64,000 nucleotides of DNA, from NCBI GenBank assembly GCA_964016885.1, contig OZ024740.1, positions 296,422,001 to 296,486,000 of the forward strand, written 5' to 3'. The position numbers and the translations under genes were made by a program. Under the pieces are notes generated by a model. That model saw only the letters and a list, made by a program, of their open reading frames with translations. It had not been told where the DNA came from and ran no database searches. Origin of the DNA: Eledone cirrhosa (lineage: Eukaryota). Positions 41,001 to 55,950 of this stretch are shown one piece after another; position 1 is the first letter of the stretch; each line of letters opens with the position of its first letter.

Positions 41001-42981
41001 TTGTTGGATCCATTTTTTATTTGGGGGATCCATTTTTTATTTGGGGGTTCCATTTTTTATTTGGGGGATCCATTTTACATTTGGGTGATCCATTTTTTAT
41101 TTGGGTGACCCATTTTTTATTCGGGGGATCCATTTTTTATTTGGGGGATCCATTTTTTATTTGGGGGTTCCATTTTTTATTTGGGTGATCCATTTTTTAT
41201 TTGGGGGATCCATTTTTTATTTAGGTGATCCATTTTTTAGTTGGGTGATCCATTTTTTATTTGTGTGATCCATTTTTTATTTGGGGGATCCATTTTTTAT
41301 TTGGGGGATCCATTTTTTATTTAGGTGATCCATTTTTAGTTGGGTGATCCATTTTTTATTTGTGTGATCCATTTTTTATTGGGGGGATCCATTTTTTATT
41401 TGGGGGTTCCATTTTTTATTTGGGTGATCCATTTTTTATTTGGGGGATCCATTTTTTATTTAGGTGATCCATTTTTTAGTTGGGTGATCCATTTTTTATT
41501 TGTGTGATCCATTTTTTATTTGGCGGATCCATTTTTTATTTGGGGGATCCATTTTTTATTTGGGTGATCCATTTTTTATTTGGGTGATCCATTTTTTATT
41601 TGGGTGATCCATATTTTATTTGCGTGATCCATTTTTTATTTGGGTGATCCATTTTTTATTTGGGTGATCCATTTTTTATTTGGGGGATCCATTTTTTATT
41701 TGGGTGATCCATTTTTTATTTGGGTGATCCATTTTTTATTTGGGGGATCCATTTTTTATTTGGGTGATCCATTTTTTATTTGGGGGATCCAGTTTTTGTT
41801 TGGGTGATCCATTTTTTATTTGGGGGATCCATTTTTTATTTGGGTGATCCATATTTTATTTAGGGGATCCATTTTTTATTTGGGCGATCCATTTTTTATT
41901 TGGGTGATCCATTTTTTATTTGGGTGATCCATTTTTTATTTTGGGGATCTATTTTTTATTTGGGTGATCCATTTTTTATTTGGGGGATCCATTTTTTTTT
42001 TTGGTGATCCATTTTTTATTTGGGGATCCATTTTTTATTTGGGGGATCCATTTTTTATTTGGGTGATCCATTTTTTATTTGGGGGATCCATTTTTTATTT
42101 GGGTGATCCATTTTTAATTTGGGGATCCATTTTTTATTTGGGTGATCCATTTTTTATTTGGGGGATCCATTTTTTATATGGGTGATCCATTTTTTATTTG
42201 GGGGATCCATTTTTTTTTTTGGTGATCCATTTTTTATTTGGGGATCCATTTTTTATTTGGGGGATCCATTTTTTATTTGGGTGATCCATTTTTTATTTGG
42301 GGAATCCATTTTTTATTTGGGTGATCCATTTTTAATTTGGGGATCCATTTTTTATTTGGGTGATCCATTTTTTATTTGGGGGATCCATTTTTTATTTGGG
42401 GGATCCATTTTTTATTTGGGTGATCCACATTTTATTTGGGTGATCCAATTTTTATTTGAGGGATCCATTTTTTATTTGGGTGATCCATTTTTTATTTGGG
42501 TGATCCATTTTTTATTTGGGTGATCCATTTTCTATTTGGGTGATCCATTTTTTATTTGGGGGATCCATTTTTTATTTGGATGATCCATTTTTTATTTGGG
42601 GGATCCATTTTTTATTTGGGCGATCCAATTTTTATTTGGGTGATCCATTTTTTTATTGGGCGATCCATTTTTTATTTGGGTGATCCATTTTTTATTTGGG
42701 GGATCCATTATTTATTTGTGTGATCCATTTTTTATTTTGGAGATCCATTTTTTATTTGGGGGATCCATTTTTTATTTGGGGGATCCATTTTTTATTTGGG
42801 TGATCCATTTTTTATTTGGGTGATCCATTTTTTATTTGTTGGATCCATTTTTTATTTGGGGGATCCATTTTTTATTTGGGGGCTCCATTTTTTATTTGGG
42901 GGATCCATTTTACATTTGGGTGATCCATTTTTTATTTGGGTGATCCATTTTTTATTTGGGGGTTCCATTTTTTATTTGGGG

Positions 42982-43025
42982 GATCCATCAAATAAAAAAT
43001 GGATCCCCCAAATAAAAAATGGATC
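42982..43025 (-). repeat. Inverted island 18, type C
   Basis: 2 monomers, CATC + CCCC. Confidence 0.95.
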
Positions 43026-43457
43026 CATTTTTTATTTGGGTGATCCATTTTTTATTTGGGGGATCCATTTTTTATTTGGGTGATCCAGTTTTTGTTTGGG
43101 TGATCCATTTTTTATTTGGGGGATCCATTTTTTATTTGGGTGATCCATATTTTATTTAGGGGATCGATTTTTTATTTGGTGATCCATTTTTTATTTTGGT
43201 GATCCATTCTTTATTTGGGTGATCCATTTTTTATTTTGGGGATCTATTTTTTATTTGGGTGATCCATTTTTTATTTGGGGATCCATTTTTTATTTGGGTG
43301 ATCTATTTTTTATTTGGGGGATCCATTTTTTATTTGGGGGATCCATTTTTTATTTGGGTGATCCATTTTTTATTTGGGGGATCCATTTTTTATTTGGGTG
43401 ATCCATTTTTTATTTGGGGGATCCATTTTTTATTTGGGGGGCCATTTTTTATTTGGG

Positions 43458-43541
43458 GATCCATCAAATAAAAAATGGATCACCCAAATAAAAAATGGAT
43501 CACCCAAATAAAAAATGGATCCCTCAAATAAAAAATGGATC
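43458..43541 (-). repeat. Inverted island 19, type D
   Basis: CCTC variant. Confidence 0.95.
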
Positions 43542-44754
43542 CATTTTTTATTTGGGGGATCCATTTTTTATTTGGGGGTTCCATTTTTTATTTGGGGGAT
43601 CCATTTTACATTTGGGTGATCCATTTTTTATTTGGGTGATCCATATTTTATTTGGGGGATCCATTTTTTATTTGGGGGATCCATTTTTTATTTGGGTGAT
43701 CCATTTTTTATTTGGGGGATCCATTTTTTATTTAGGTGATCCATTCTTTAGTTGGGTGATCCATTTATATTTGGGGGATCCATTTTTTATTTGTGTGATC
43801 CATTTTTTATTTGGCAGATCCATTTTTTATTTGGGGGATCCATTTTTTATTTGGGTGATCCATTTTTTATTTGGGGGATCCATTTTTTATTTGGGTTATA
43901 CATTTTTTATTTGGGGGATCCATTTTTTATTTGGGTGATCCATTTTTTATTTGGGTGATCCATATTTTATTTGGGTGATCCATTTTTTATTTGGGGGATC
44001 CATTTTTATTTGGGTGATCTATTTTTGATTTGGGTGATCCATTTTTTATTTGGGGGATCCATTTTTTATTTGGGTGATCCATTTTTTATTTGGGGGATCC
44101 ATTTTTTATTTGGGAGATCCATTTTTGATTTGGGTGATCCATTTTTTATTTGGGTGATCCATTTTTTATTTGTTGGATCCATTTTTTATTTGGGGGATCC
44201 ATTTTTTATTTGGGTGATCCATTTTTTATTTGGGGGATCCATTTTTTATTTGGGAGATCCATTTTTGATTTGGGTGATCCATTTTTTATTTGGGTGATCC
44301 ATTTTTTATTTGTTGGATCCATTTTTTATTTGGGGGATCCATTTTTATTTGGGGGACCCTATTTTTATTTGGGGGATCCATTTTACATTTGGGGTATCCA
44401 TTTTTTATTTGGGTGATCCATTTTTTATTTGGGGGATCCATTTTTTATTTGGGTGATCCATTTTTTATTTGGGTGATCCATTTTTTATTTGGGTGATCCA
44501 TTTTTTATTTGTTGGATCCATTTTTTATTTGGTGGATCGACTTTTTATTTGGGGGTTCCATTTTTTATTTGGGGGATCCATTTTACATTTGGGTGATCCA
44601 TTTTTTATTTGGGTGATCCATTTTTTATTTGGGGGATCCATTTTTTATTTGGGTGATCCATTTTTTATTTGGGGGATCCATTTTTTATTTGGGTGATCCA
44701 TTTTCTATTTGGGGGATCGATTTTTTATTTGGGGGTTCCATTTTTTATTTGGGG

Positions 44755-44838
44755 GATCCATCAAATAAAAAATGGATCACCCAAATAAAAAATGGATCAC
44801 CCAAATAAAAAATGGATCCCCCAAATAGAAAATGGATC
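44755..44838 (-). repeat. Inverted island 20, type E
   Basis: AAATAGAAAA variant. Confidence 0.95.
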
Positions 44839-47800
44839 CATTTTTTATTTGGGTGATCCATATTTTATTTAGGGGATCCATTTTTTATTTGGGTGATCCA
44901 TTTTTTATTTGGGTGATCCATTTTTTATTTGGGTGATCCATTTTTTATTTGGGTGATCCATTTTTTATTTTGGGGATCTATTTATTATTTGGGTGATCCA
45001 TTTTTTATTTGGGGGATCCATTTTACATTTGGGTGATCCATTTTTTATTTGGGTGATCCATTTTTTATTTGGGGGATCCATTTTTTATTTGGGTGATCCA
45101 TTTCTTATTTGGGTGATCCAGTTTTTGTTTGGGTGATCCATTTTTTATTTGTTGGATCCATTTTTTATTTGGGGGATCCATTTTTTATTTGGGGGATCCA
45201 TTTTTTATTTGGGTGATCCATTTTTTATTTGGGGGATCCATTTTTTATTTAGGTGATCCATTTTTTAGTTGGGTGATCCATTTTTGGGGGGGGATCCATT
45301 TTTTATTTGTGTCATCCATTTTTTATTTGGCGGATCCATTTTTATTTGGGGGATCCATTTTTTATTTGTGTGATCCATTTTTTATTTGGCAGATCCATTT
45401 TTTATTTGGGGGATCCATTTTTTATTTGGGTGATCCATTTTTTATTTGGGTGATCCATTTTTCATTTGGGGGATCCATTTTTTATTTAGGTGATCCATTT
45501 TTTAGTTGGGTGATCCATTTTTTTGGGGGGGATCCATTTTTTATTTGTGTCATCCATTTTTTATTTGGCGGATCCATTTTTATTTGGGGGATCCATTTTT
45601 TATTTGTGTGATCCATTTTTTATTTGGCAGATCCATTTTTTATTTGGGGGATCCATTTTTTATTTGGGTGATCCATTTTTTATTTGGGGGATCCATTTTT
45701 TATTTGGGTGATCCATTTTTTATTTGGGTGATCCAGTTTTTGTTTGGGTGATCCATTTTTTATTTGGGGGATCCATTTTTTATTTGGGTGATCCATTTTT
45801 TATTTGTTGGATCCATTTTTTATTTGGGGGATCCATTTTTTATTTGGGGGTTCCATTTTTTATTTGGGGGATCCATTTTACATTTGGGTGATCCATTTTT
45901 TATTTGGGTGATCCATTTTTTATTTGGGGGATCCATTTTTTATTTAGGGGATCCATTTTTTATTTGGGGGTTCCATTTTTTATTTGGGTGATCCATTTTT
46001 TATTTGGGGGATCCATTTTTTATTTAGGTGATCCATTTTTTAGTTGGGTGATCCATTTTTATTTGGGGGATCCATTTTTTATTTGTGTGATCCATTTTTT
46101 ATTTGGCGGATCCATTTTTTATTTGGGGGATCCATTTTTTATTTGGGGATCCATTTTTTATTTAGGTGATCCATTTTTTAGTTGGGTGATCCATTTTTAT
46201 TTGGGGGATCCATTTTTTATTTGTGTGATCCATTTTTTATTTGGCGTATCCATTTTTATTTGGGGGATCCATTTTTTATTTGTGTGATCCATTTTTTATT
46301 TGGCAGATCCATTTTTTATTTGGGGGATCCATTTTTTATTTGGGTGATCCATTTTTTATTTGGGGGATCCATTTTTTATTTGGGTGATACATTTTTTATT
46401 TGGGGGATCCATTTTTTATTTGGGTGATCCATTTTTTATTTGGGTGATCCATATTTTATTTGGGTGATCCATTTTTTATTTGGGGGATCCATTTTTTATT
46501 TGGGTGATCCAATTTTTTATTTGGGTGATCCATTTTTTATTTGGGTGATCCATTTTTTATTTGGGTGATCCATTTTTTATTTGGGGGATCCATTTTTTAT
46601 TTGGGTGATCCATTTTTGATTTGGGTGATCCATTTTTTATTTGGGGGATCCATTTTTTATTTGGGTGATCCATTTTTTATTTGGGGGATCCATTTTTTAT
46701 TTGGGAGATCCATTTTTGATTTGGGTGATCCATTTTTTATTTGGGTGATTCATTTTTTATTTGTTGGATCCATTTTTTATTTGGGGGATCCATTTTTATT
46801 TGGGGGACCCTATTTTTATTTGGGGGATCCATTTTACATTTGGGTGATCCATTTTTTATTTGGGTGATCCATTTTTTATTTGGTGGATCCATTTTTTATT
46901 TGGGGTATCCATTTTTTATTTGGGTGATCCATTTTTTATTTGGGGGATCCATTTTTTATTTGGGTTATCCATTTTTTATTTGGGTGATCCATTTTTTATT
47001 TGGGTGATCCATTTTTTATTTGTTGGATCCATTTTTTATTTGGGGGATCCATTTTTTATTTGGGGGTTCCATTTTTTATTTGGGGGATCCATTTTACATT
47101 TGGGTGATCCATTTTTTATTTGGGTGATCCATTTTTTATTTGGGGGATCCATTTTTTATTTGGGTGATCCATTTTTTATTTGGGTGATCCAGTTTTTGTT
47201 TGGGTGATCCATTTTTTATTTGGGGGATCCATTTTTTATTTGGGTGATCCATTTTTTATTTGTTGGATCCATTTTTTATTTGGGGGATCCATTTTTTATT
47301 TGGGGGTTCCATTTTTTATTTGGGGGATCCATTTTACATTTGGGTGATCCATTTTTTATTTGGGTGACCCATTTTTTATTCGGGGGATCCATTTTTTATT
47401 TGGGGGATCCATTTTTTATTTGGGGGTTCCATTTTTTATTTGGGTGATCCCTTTTTTATTTGGGGGATCCATTTTTTATTTAGGTGATCCATTTTTTAGT
47501 TGGGTGATCCATTTTTTATTTGTGTGATCCATTTTTTATTTGGGGGATCCATTTTTTATTTGGGGGTTCCATTTTTTATTTGGGTGATCCATTTTTTATT
47601 TGGGGGATCCATTTTTTATTTAGGTGATCCATTTTTTAGTTGGGTGATCCATTTTTTATTTGTGTGATCCATTTTTTATTTGGCGGATCCATTTTTTATT
47701 TGGGGGATCCATTTTTTATTTGGGTGATCCATTTTTTATTTGGGGTATCCATTTTTTATTAGGGTGATACATTTTTTATTTGGGGGATCCATTTTTTATT

Positions 47801-49103
47801 TGGGTGATCCATTTTTTATTTGGGTGATCCATATTTTATTTGCGTGATCCATTTTTTATTTGGGTGATCCATTTTTTATTTGGGTGATCCATTTTTTATT
47901 TGGGGGATCCATTTTTTATTTGGGTGATCCATTTTTTATTTGGGTGATCCATTTTTTATTTGGGGGATCCATTTTTTATTTGGGTGATCCATTTTTTATT
48001 TGGGGGATCCAGTTTTTGTTTGGGTGATCCATTTTTTATTTGGGGGATCCATTTTTTATTTGGGTGATCCATATTTTATTTAGGGGATCCATTTTTTATT
48101 TGGGTGATCCATTTTTTATTTGGGTGATCCATTTTTTATTTGGGTGATCCATTTTTTATTTTGGGGATCTATTTTTTATTTGGGTGATCCATTTTTTATT
48201 TGGGGGATCCATTTTTTTTTTTGGTGATCCATTTTTTATTTGGGGATCCATTTTTTATTTGGGGGATCCATTTTTTATTTGGGTGATCCATTTTTTATTT
48301 GGGGATCCATTTTTTATTTGGGTGATCCATTTTTAATTTGGGGATCCATTTTTTATTTGGGTGATCCATTTTTTATTTGGGGGATCCATTTTTTATATGG
48401 GTGATCCATTTTTTATTTGGGGGATCCATTTTGTATTTGGGTGATCCATTTTTTATTTGGGGGATCCATTTTTTTATTTGGGGGATCCATTTTTTATTTG
48501 GGTGATCCACATTTTATTTGGGTGATCCAATTTTTATTTGAGGGATCCATTTTTTATTTGGGTGATCCATTTTTTATTTGGGTGATCCATTTTTTATTTG
48601 GGTGATCCATTTTCTATTTGGGTGATCCATTTTTTATTTGGGGTTTCCATTTTTTATTTGGATGATCCATTTTTTATTTGGGGGATCCATTTTTTATTTG
48701 GGCGATCCAATTTTTATTTGGGTGATCCATTTTTTTATTGGGCGATCCATTTTTTATTTGGGTGATCCATTTTTTATTTGGGGGATCCATTATTTATTTG
48801 TGTGATCCATTTTATATTTGGGGGATCCATTTTTTATTTGGGTGATCCATTTTTTATTTTGGAGATCCATTTTTTATTTGGGGGATCCATTTTTTATTTG
48901 GGGGATCCATTTTTTATTTGGGTGATCCATTTTTTATTTGGGTGATCCATTTTTTATTTGTTGGATCCATTTTTTATTTGGGGGATCCATTTTTTATTTG
49001 GGGGCTCCATTTTTTATTTGGGGGATCCATTTTACATTTGGGTGATCCATTTTTTATTTGGGTGATCCATTTTTTATTTGGGGGTTCCATTTTTTATTTG
49101 GGG

Positions 49104-49147
49104 GATCCATCAAATAAAAAATGGATCCCCCAAATAAAAAATGGATC
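49104..49147 (-). repeat. Inverted island 21, type C (not followed by D/E)
   Basis: 2 monomers, CATC + CCCC. Confidence 0.95.
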
Positions 49148-52100
49148 CATTTTTTATTTGGGTGATCCATTTTTTATTTGGGGGATCCATTTTTTATTTG
49201 GGTGATCCAGTTTTTGTTTGGGTGATCCATTTTTTATTTGGGGGATCCATTTTTTATTTGGGTGATCCATATTTTATTTAGGGGATCGATTTTTTATTTG
49301 GTGATCCATTTTTTATTTGGGTGATCCATTCTTTATTTGGGTGATCCATTTTTTATTTTGGGGATCTATTTTTTATTTGGGTGATCCATTTTTTATTTGG
49401 GGATCCATTTTTTATTTGGGTGATCCATTTTTTATTTGGGGGATCCATTTTTTATTTGGGGGATCCATTTTTTATTTGGGTGATCCATTTTTTATTTGGG
49501 GGATCCATTTTTTATTTGGGTGATCCATTTTTTATTTGGGGGATCCATTTTTTATTTGGGTGATCCATTTTTTATGTGGGTGATCCATTTTTTATTTGGG
49601 TGATCCATTTTTTATTTGTTGGATCCATTTTTTATTTGGGGGATCCATTTTTTATTTGGGGGTTCCATTTTTTATTTGGGGCATCCATTTTACATTTGGG
49701 TGATCCATTTTTTATTTGGGTGATCCATTTTTTATTTGGGGGATCCATTTTTTATTTGGGTGATCCATTTTTTATTTGGGTGATCCAGTTTTTGTTTGCG
49801 TGATCCATTTTTTATTTGGGGGATCCATTTTTTATTTGGGTGATCCATTTTTTATTTGTTGGATCCATTTTTTATTTGGGGGATCCATTTTTTATTTGGG
49901 GGATCCATTTTTTATTTGGGTGATCCATTTTTTATTTGGGGGATCCATTTTTTATTTGGCGGATCCATTTTTATTTGGGGGATCCATTTTTTATTTGTGT
50001 GATCCATTTTTTATTTGGCAGATCCATTTTTTATTTGGGGGATCCATTTTTTATTTGGGTGATCCATTTTTTATTTGGGGGATCCATTTTTTATTTGGGT
50101 GATCCATTTTTTATTTGGGTGATCCAGTTTTTGTTTGGGTGATCCATTTCTTATTTGGGGGATCCATTTTTTATTTGGGTGATCCATTTTTTATTTGTTG
50201 GATCCATTTTTTATTTGGGGGATCCATTTTTTATTTGGGGGTTCCATTTTTTATTTGGGGGATCCATTTTACATTTGGGTGATCCATTTTTTATTTGGGT
50301 GATCCATTTTTTATTTGGGGGATCCATTTTTTATTTAGGGGATCCATTTTTTATTTGGGGGATCCATTTTTTATTTGGGTGATCCATTTTTTATTTGTTG
50401 GATCCATTTTTTATTTGGGGGATCCATTTTTTATTTGGGGGATCCATTTTACATTTGGGTGATCCATTTTTTATTTGGGTGATCCATTTTTTATTTGGGG
50501 GATCCATTTTTTATTTGGGTGATCCATTTTTTATTTGGGTGATCCAGTTTTTGTTTGCGTGATCCATTTTTTATTTGGGGGATCCATTTTTTATTTGGGT
50601 GATCCATTTTTTATTTGTTGGATCCATTTTTTATTTGGGGGATCCATTTTTTATTTGGGGGATCCATTTTTTATTTGGGTGATCCATTTTTTATTTGGGG
50701 GATCCATTTTTTATTTAGGTGATCCAATTTTTAGTTGGGTGATCCATTTTTCTGGGGGGGGATCCATTTTTTATTTGTGTCATCCATTTTTTATTTGGCG
50801 GATCCATTTTTATTTGGGGGATCCATTTTTTATTTGTGTGATCCATTTTTTATTTGGCGGATCCATTTTTTATTTGGGGGATCCATTTTTTATTTGGGTG
50901 ATCCATTTTTTATTTGGGGGATCCATTTTTTATTTGGGTGATCCATTCTTTATTTGGGTGATCCAGTTTTTGTTTGGGTGATCCATTTTTTATTTGGGGG
51001 ATCCATTTTTTATTTGGGTGATCCATTTTTTATTTGTTGGATCCATTTTTTATTTGGGGGATCCATTTTTTATTTGGGGGTTCCATTTTTTATTTGGGGG
51101 ATCCATTTTACATTTGGGTGATCCATTTTTTATTTGGGTGATCCATTTTTTATTTGGGGGATCCATTTTTTATTTAGGGGATCCATTTTTTATTTGGGGG
51201 ATCCATTTTTTATTTGGGTGATCCATTTTTTATTTGTTGGATCCATTTTTTATTTGGGGGATCCATTTTTTATTTGGGGGTTCCATTTTTTATTTGGGGG
51301 ATCCATTTTACATTTGGGTGATCCATTTTTTATTTGGGTGATCCATTTTTTATTTGGGGGATCCATTTTTTATTTAGGGGATCCATTTTTTATTTGGGGG
51401 TTCCATTTTTTATTTGGGTGATCCATTTTTTATTTGGGGGATCCATTTTTTATTTAGGTGATCCATTTTTTAGTTGGGTGATCCATTTTTATTTGGGGGA
51501 TCCATTTTTTATTTGTGTGATCCATTTTTTATTTGGCGGATCCATTTTTTATTTGGGGGATCCATTTTTTATTTGGGGATCCATTTTTTATTTAGGTGAT
51601 CCATTTTTTAGTTGGGTGATCCATTTTTATTTGGGGGATCCATTTTTTATTTGTGTGATCCATTTTTTATTTGGCGTATCCATTTTTATTTGGGGGATCC
51701 ATTTTTTATTTGTGTGATCCATTTTTTATTTGGCAGATCCATTTTTTATTTGGGGGATCCATTTTTTATTTGGGTGATCCATTTTTTATTTGGGGGATCC
51801 ATTTTTTATTTGGGTGATACATTTTTTATTTGGGGGATCCATTTTTTATTTGGGTGATCCATTTTTTATTTGGGTGATCCATATTTTATTTGGGTGATCC
51901 ATTTTTTATTTGGGGGATCCATTTTTTATTTGGGTGATCCAATTTTTTATTTGGGTGATCCATTTTTTATTTGGTGGATCCATTTTTTATTTGGGGTATC
52001 CATTTTTTATTTGGGTGATCCATTTTTTATTTGGGGGATCCATTTTTTATTTGGGTTATCCATTTTTTATTTGGGTGATCCATTTTTTATTTGGGTGATC

Positions 52101-54113
52101 CATTTTTTATTTGTTGGATCCATTTTTTATTTGGGGGATCCATTTTTTATTTGGGGGTTCCATTTTTTATTTGGGGGATCCATTTTACATTTGGGTGATC
52201 CATTTTTTATTTGGGTGATCCATTTTTTATTTGGGGGATCCATTTTTTATTTGGGTGATCCATTTTTTATTTGGGTGATCCAGTTTTTGTTTGGGTGATC
52301 CATTTTTTATTTGGGGGATCCATTTTTTATTTGGGTGATCCATTTTTTATTTGTTGGATCCATTTTTTATTTGGGGGATCCATTTTTTATTTGGGGGTTC
52401 CATTTTTTATTTGAGGGATCCATTTTACATTTGGGTGATCCATTTTTTATTTGGGTGACCCATTTTTTATTCGGGGGATCCATTTTTTATTTGGGGGATC
52501 CATTTTTTATTTGGGGGTTCCATTTTTTATTTGGGTGATCCATTTTTTATTTGGGGGATCCATTTTTTATTTAGGTGATCCATTTTTTAGTTGGGTGATC
52601 CATTTTTTATTTGTGTGATCCATTTTTTATTTGGGGGATCCATTTTTTATTTGGGGGATCCATTTTTTATTTAGGTGATCCATTTTTAGTTGGGTGATCC
52701 ATTTTTTATTTGTGTGATCCATTTTTTATTTGGGGGATCCATTTTTTATTTGGGGGTTCCATTTTTTATTTGGGTGATCCATTTTTTATTTGGGGGATCC
52801 ATTTTTTATTTAGGTGATCCATTTTTTAGTTGGGTGATCCATTTTTTATTTGTGTGATCCATTTTTTATTTGGCGGATCCATTTTTTATTTGGGGGATAC
52901 ATTTTTTATTTGGGTGATCCATTTTTTATTTGGGTGATCCATTTTTTATTTGGGTGATCCATTTTTTATTTGGGGGATCCATTTTTTATTTGGGTGATCC
53001 ATTTTTTATTTGGGTGATCCATTTTTTATTTGGGGGATCCATTTTTTATTTGGGTGATCCATTTTTTATTTGGGGGATCCAGTTTTTGTTTGGGTGATCC
53101 ATTTTTTATTTGGGGGATCCATTTTTTATTTGGGTGATCCATATTTTATTTAGGGGATCCATTTTTTATTTGGGTGATCCATTTTTTATTTGGGTGATCC
53201 ATTTTTTATTTGGGTGATCCATTTTTTATTTTGGGGATCTATTTTTTATTTGGGTGATCCATTTTTTATTTGGGGGATCCATTTTTTTTTTTGGTGATCC
53301 ATTTTTTATTTGGGGATCCATTTTTTATTTGGGGGATCCATTTTTTATTTGGGTGATCCATTTTTTATTTGGGGGATCCATTTTTTATTTGGGTGATCCA
53401 TTTTTAATTTGGGGATCCATTTTTTATTTGGGTGATCCATTTTTTATTTGGGGGATCCATTTTTTATATGGGTGATCCATTTTTTATTTGGGGGATCCAT
53501 TTTGTATTTGGGTGATCCATTTTTTATTTGGGGGATCCATTTTTTATTTGGGTGATCCACATTTTATTTGGGTGATCCAATTTTTATTTGAGGGATCCAT
53601 TTTTTATTTGGGTGATCCATTTTTTATTTGGGTGATCCATTTTTTATTTGGGTGATCCATTTTCTATTTGGGTGATCCATTTTTTATTTGGGGGATCCAT
53701 TTTTTATTTGGATGATCCATTTTTTATTTGGGGGATCCATTTTTTATTTGGGCGATCCAATTTTTATTTGGGTGATCCATTTTTTTATTGGGCGATCCAT
53801 TTTTTATTTGGGTGATCCATTTTTTATTTGGGGGATCCATTATTTATTTGTGTGATCCATTTTTTATTTTGGAGATCCATTTTTTATTTGGGGGATCCAT
53901 TTTTTATTTGGGGGATCCATTTTTTATTTGGGTGATCCATTTTTTATTTGGGTGATCCATTTTTTATTTGTTGGATCCATTTTTTATTTGGGGGATCCAT
54001 TTTTTATTTGGGGGCTCCATTTTTTATTTGGGGGATCCATTTTACATTTGGGTGATCCATTTTTTATTTGGGTGATCCATTTTTTATTTGGGGGTTCCAT
54101 TTTTTATTTGGGG

Positions 54114-54157
54114 GATCCATCAAATAAAAAATGGATCCCCCAAATAAAAAATGGATC
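54114..54157 (-). repeat. Inverted island 22, type C
   Basis: 2 monomers, CATC + CCCC. Confidence 0.95.
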
Positions 54158-54569
54158 CATTTTTTATTTGGGTGATCCATTTTTTATTTGGGGGATCCAT
54201 TTTTTATTTGGGTGATCCAGTTTTTGTTTGGGTGATCCATTTTTTATTTGGGGGATCCATTTTTTATTTGGGTGATCCATATTTTATTTAGGGGATCGAT
54301 TTTTTATTTGGTGATCCATTTTTTATTTGGGTGATCCATTCTTTATTTGGGTGATCCATTTTTTATTTTGGGGATCTATTTTTTATTTGGGTGATCCATT
54401 TTTTATTTGGGGATCCATTTTTTATTTGGGTGATCTATTTTTTATTTGGGGGATCCATTTTTTATTTGGGTGATCCATTTTTTATTTGGGGGATCCATTT
54501 TTTATTTGGGTGATCCATTTTTTATTTGGGGGATCCATTTTTTATTTGGGGGGCCATTTTTTATTTGGG

Positions 54570-54653
54570 GATCCATCAAATAAAAAATGGATCACCCAAA
54601 TAAAAAATGGATCACCCAAATAAAAAATGGATCCCTCAAATAAAAAATGGATC
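54570..54653 (-). repeat. Inverted island 23, type D
   Basis: CCTC variant. Confidence 0.95.
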
Positions 54654-55866
54654 CATTTTTTATTTGGGGGATCCATTTTTTATTTGGGGGTTCCATTTTT
54701 TATTTGGGGGATCCATTTTACATTTGGGTGATCCATTTTTTATTTGGGTGATCCATATTTTATTTGGGGGATCCATTTTTTATTTGGGAGATCCATTTTT
54801 TATTTGGGTGATCCATTTTTTATTTGGGGGATCCATTTTTTATTTAGGTGATCCATTCTTTAGTTGGGTGATCCATTTATATTTGGGGGATCCATTTTTT
54901 ATTTGTGTGATCCATTTTTTATTTGGCAGATCCATTTTTTATTTGGGGGATCCATTTTTTATTTGGGTGATCCATTTTTTATTTGGGGGATCCATTTTTT
55001 ATTTGGGTTATACATTTTTTATTTGGGGGATCCATTTTTTATTTGGGTGATCCATTTTTTATTTGGGTGATCCATATTTTATTTGGGTGATCCATTTTTT
55101 ATTTGGGGGATCCATTTTTATTTGGGTGATCTATTTTTGATTTGGGTGATCCATTTTTTATTTGGGGGATCCATTTTTTATTTGGGTGATCCATTTTTTA
55201 TTTGGGGGATCCATTTTTTATTTGGGAGATCCATTTTTGATTTGGGTGATCCATTTTTTATTTGGGTGATCCATTTTTTATTTGTTGGATCCATTTTTTA
55301 TTTGGGGGATCCATTTTTTATTTGGGTGATCCATTTTTTATTTGGGGGATCCATTTTTTATTTGGGAGATCCATTTTTGATTTGGGTGATCCATTTTTTA
55401 TTTGGGTGATCCATTTTTTATTTGTTGGATCCATTTTTTATTTGGGGGATCCATTTTTATTTGGGGGACCCTATTTTTATTTGGGGGATCCATTTTACAT
55501 TTGGGGTATCCATTTTTTATTTGGGTGATCCATTTTTTATTTGGGGGATCCATTTTTTATTTGGGTGATCCATTTTTTATTTGGGTGATCCATTTTTTAT
55601 TTGGGTGATCCATTTTTTATTTGTTGGATCCATTTTTTATTTGGTGGATCGACTTTTTATTTGGGGGTTCCATTTTTTATTTGGGGGATCCATTTTACAT
55701 TTGGGTGATCCATTTTTTATTTGGGTGATCCATTTTTTATTTGGGGGATCCATTTTTTATTTGGGTGATCCATTTTTTATTTGGGGAATCCATTTTTTAT
55801 TTGGGTGATCCATTTTCTATTTGGGGGATCGATTTTTTATTTGGGGGTTCCATTTTTTATTTGGGG

Positions 55867-55950
55867 GATCCATCAAATAAAAAATGGATCACCCAAATAA
55901 AAAATGGATCACCCAAATAAAAAATGGATCCTCCAAATAGAAAATGGATC
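55867..55950 (-). repeat. Inverted island 24, type E (extra CTCC change)
   Basis: GGATCCTCCAAATAGAAAATGGATC. Confidence 0.95.
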
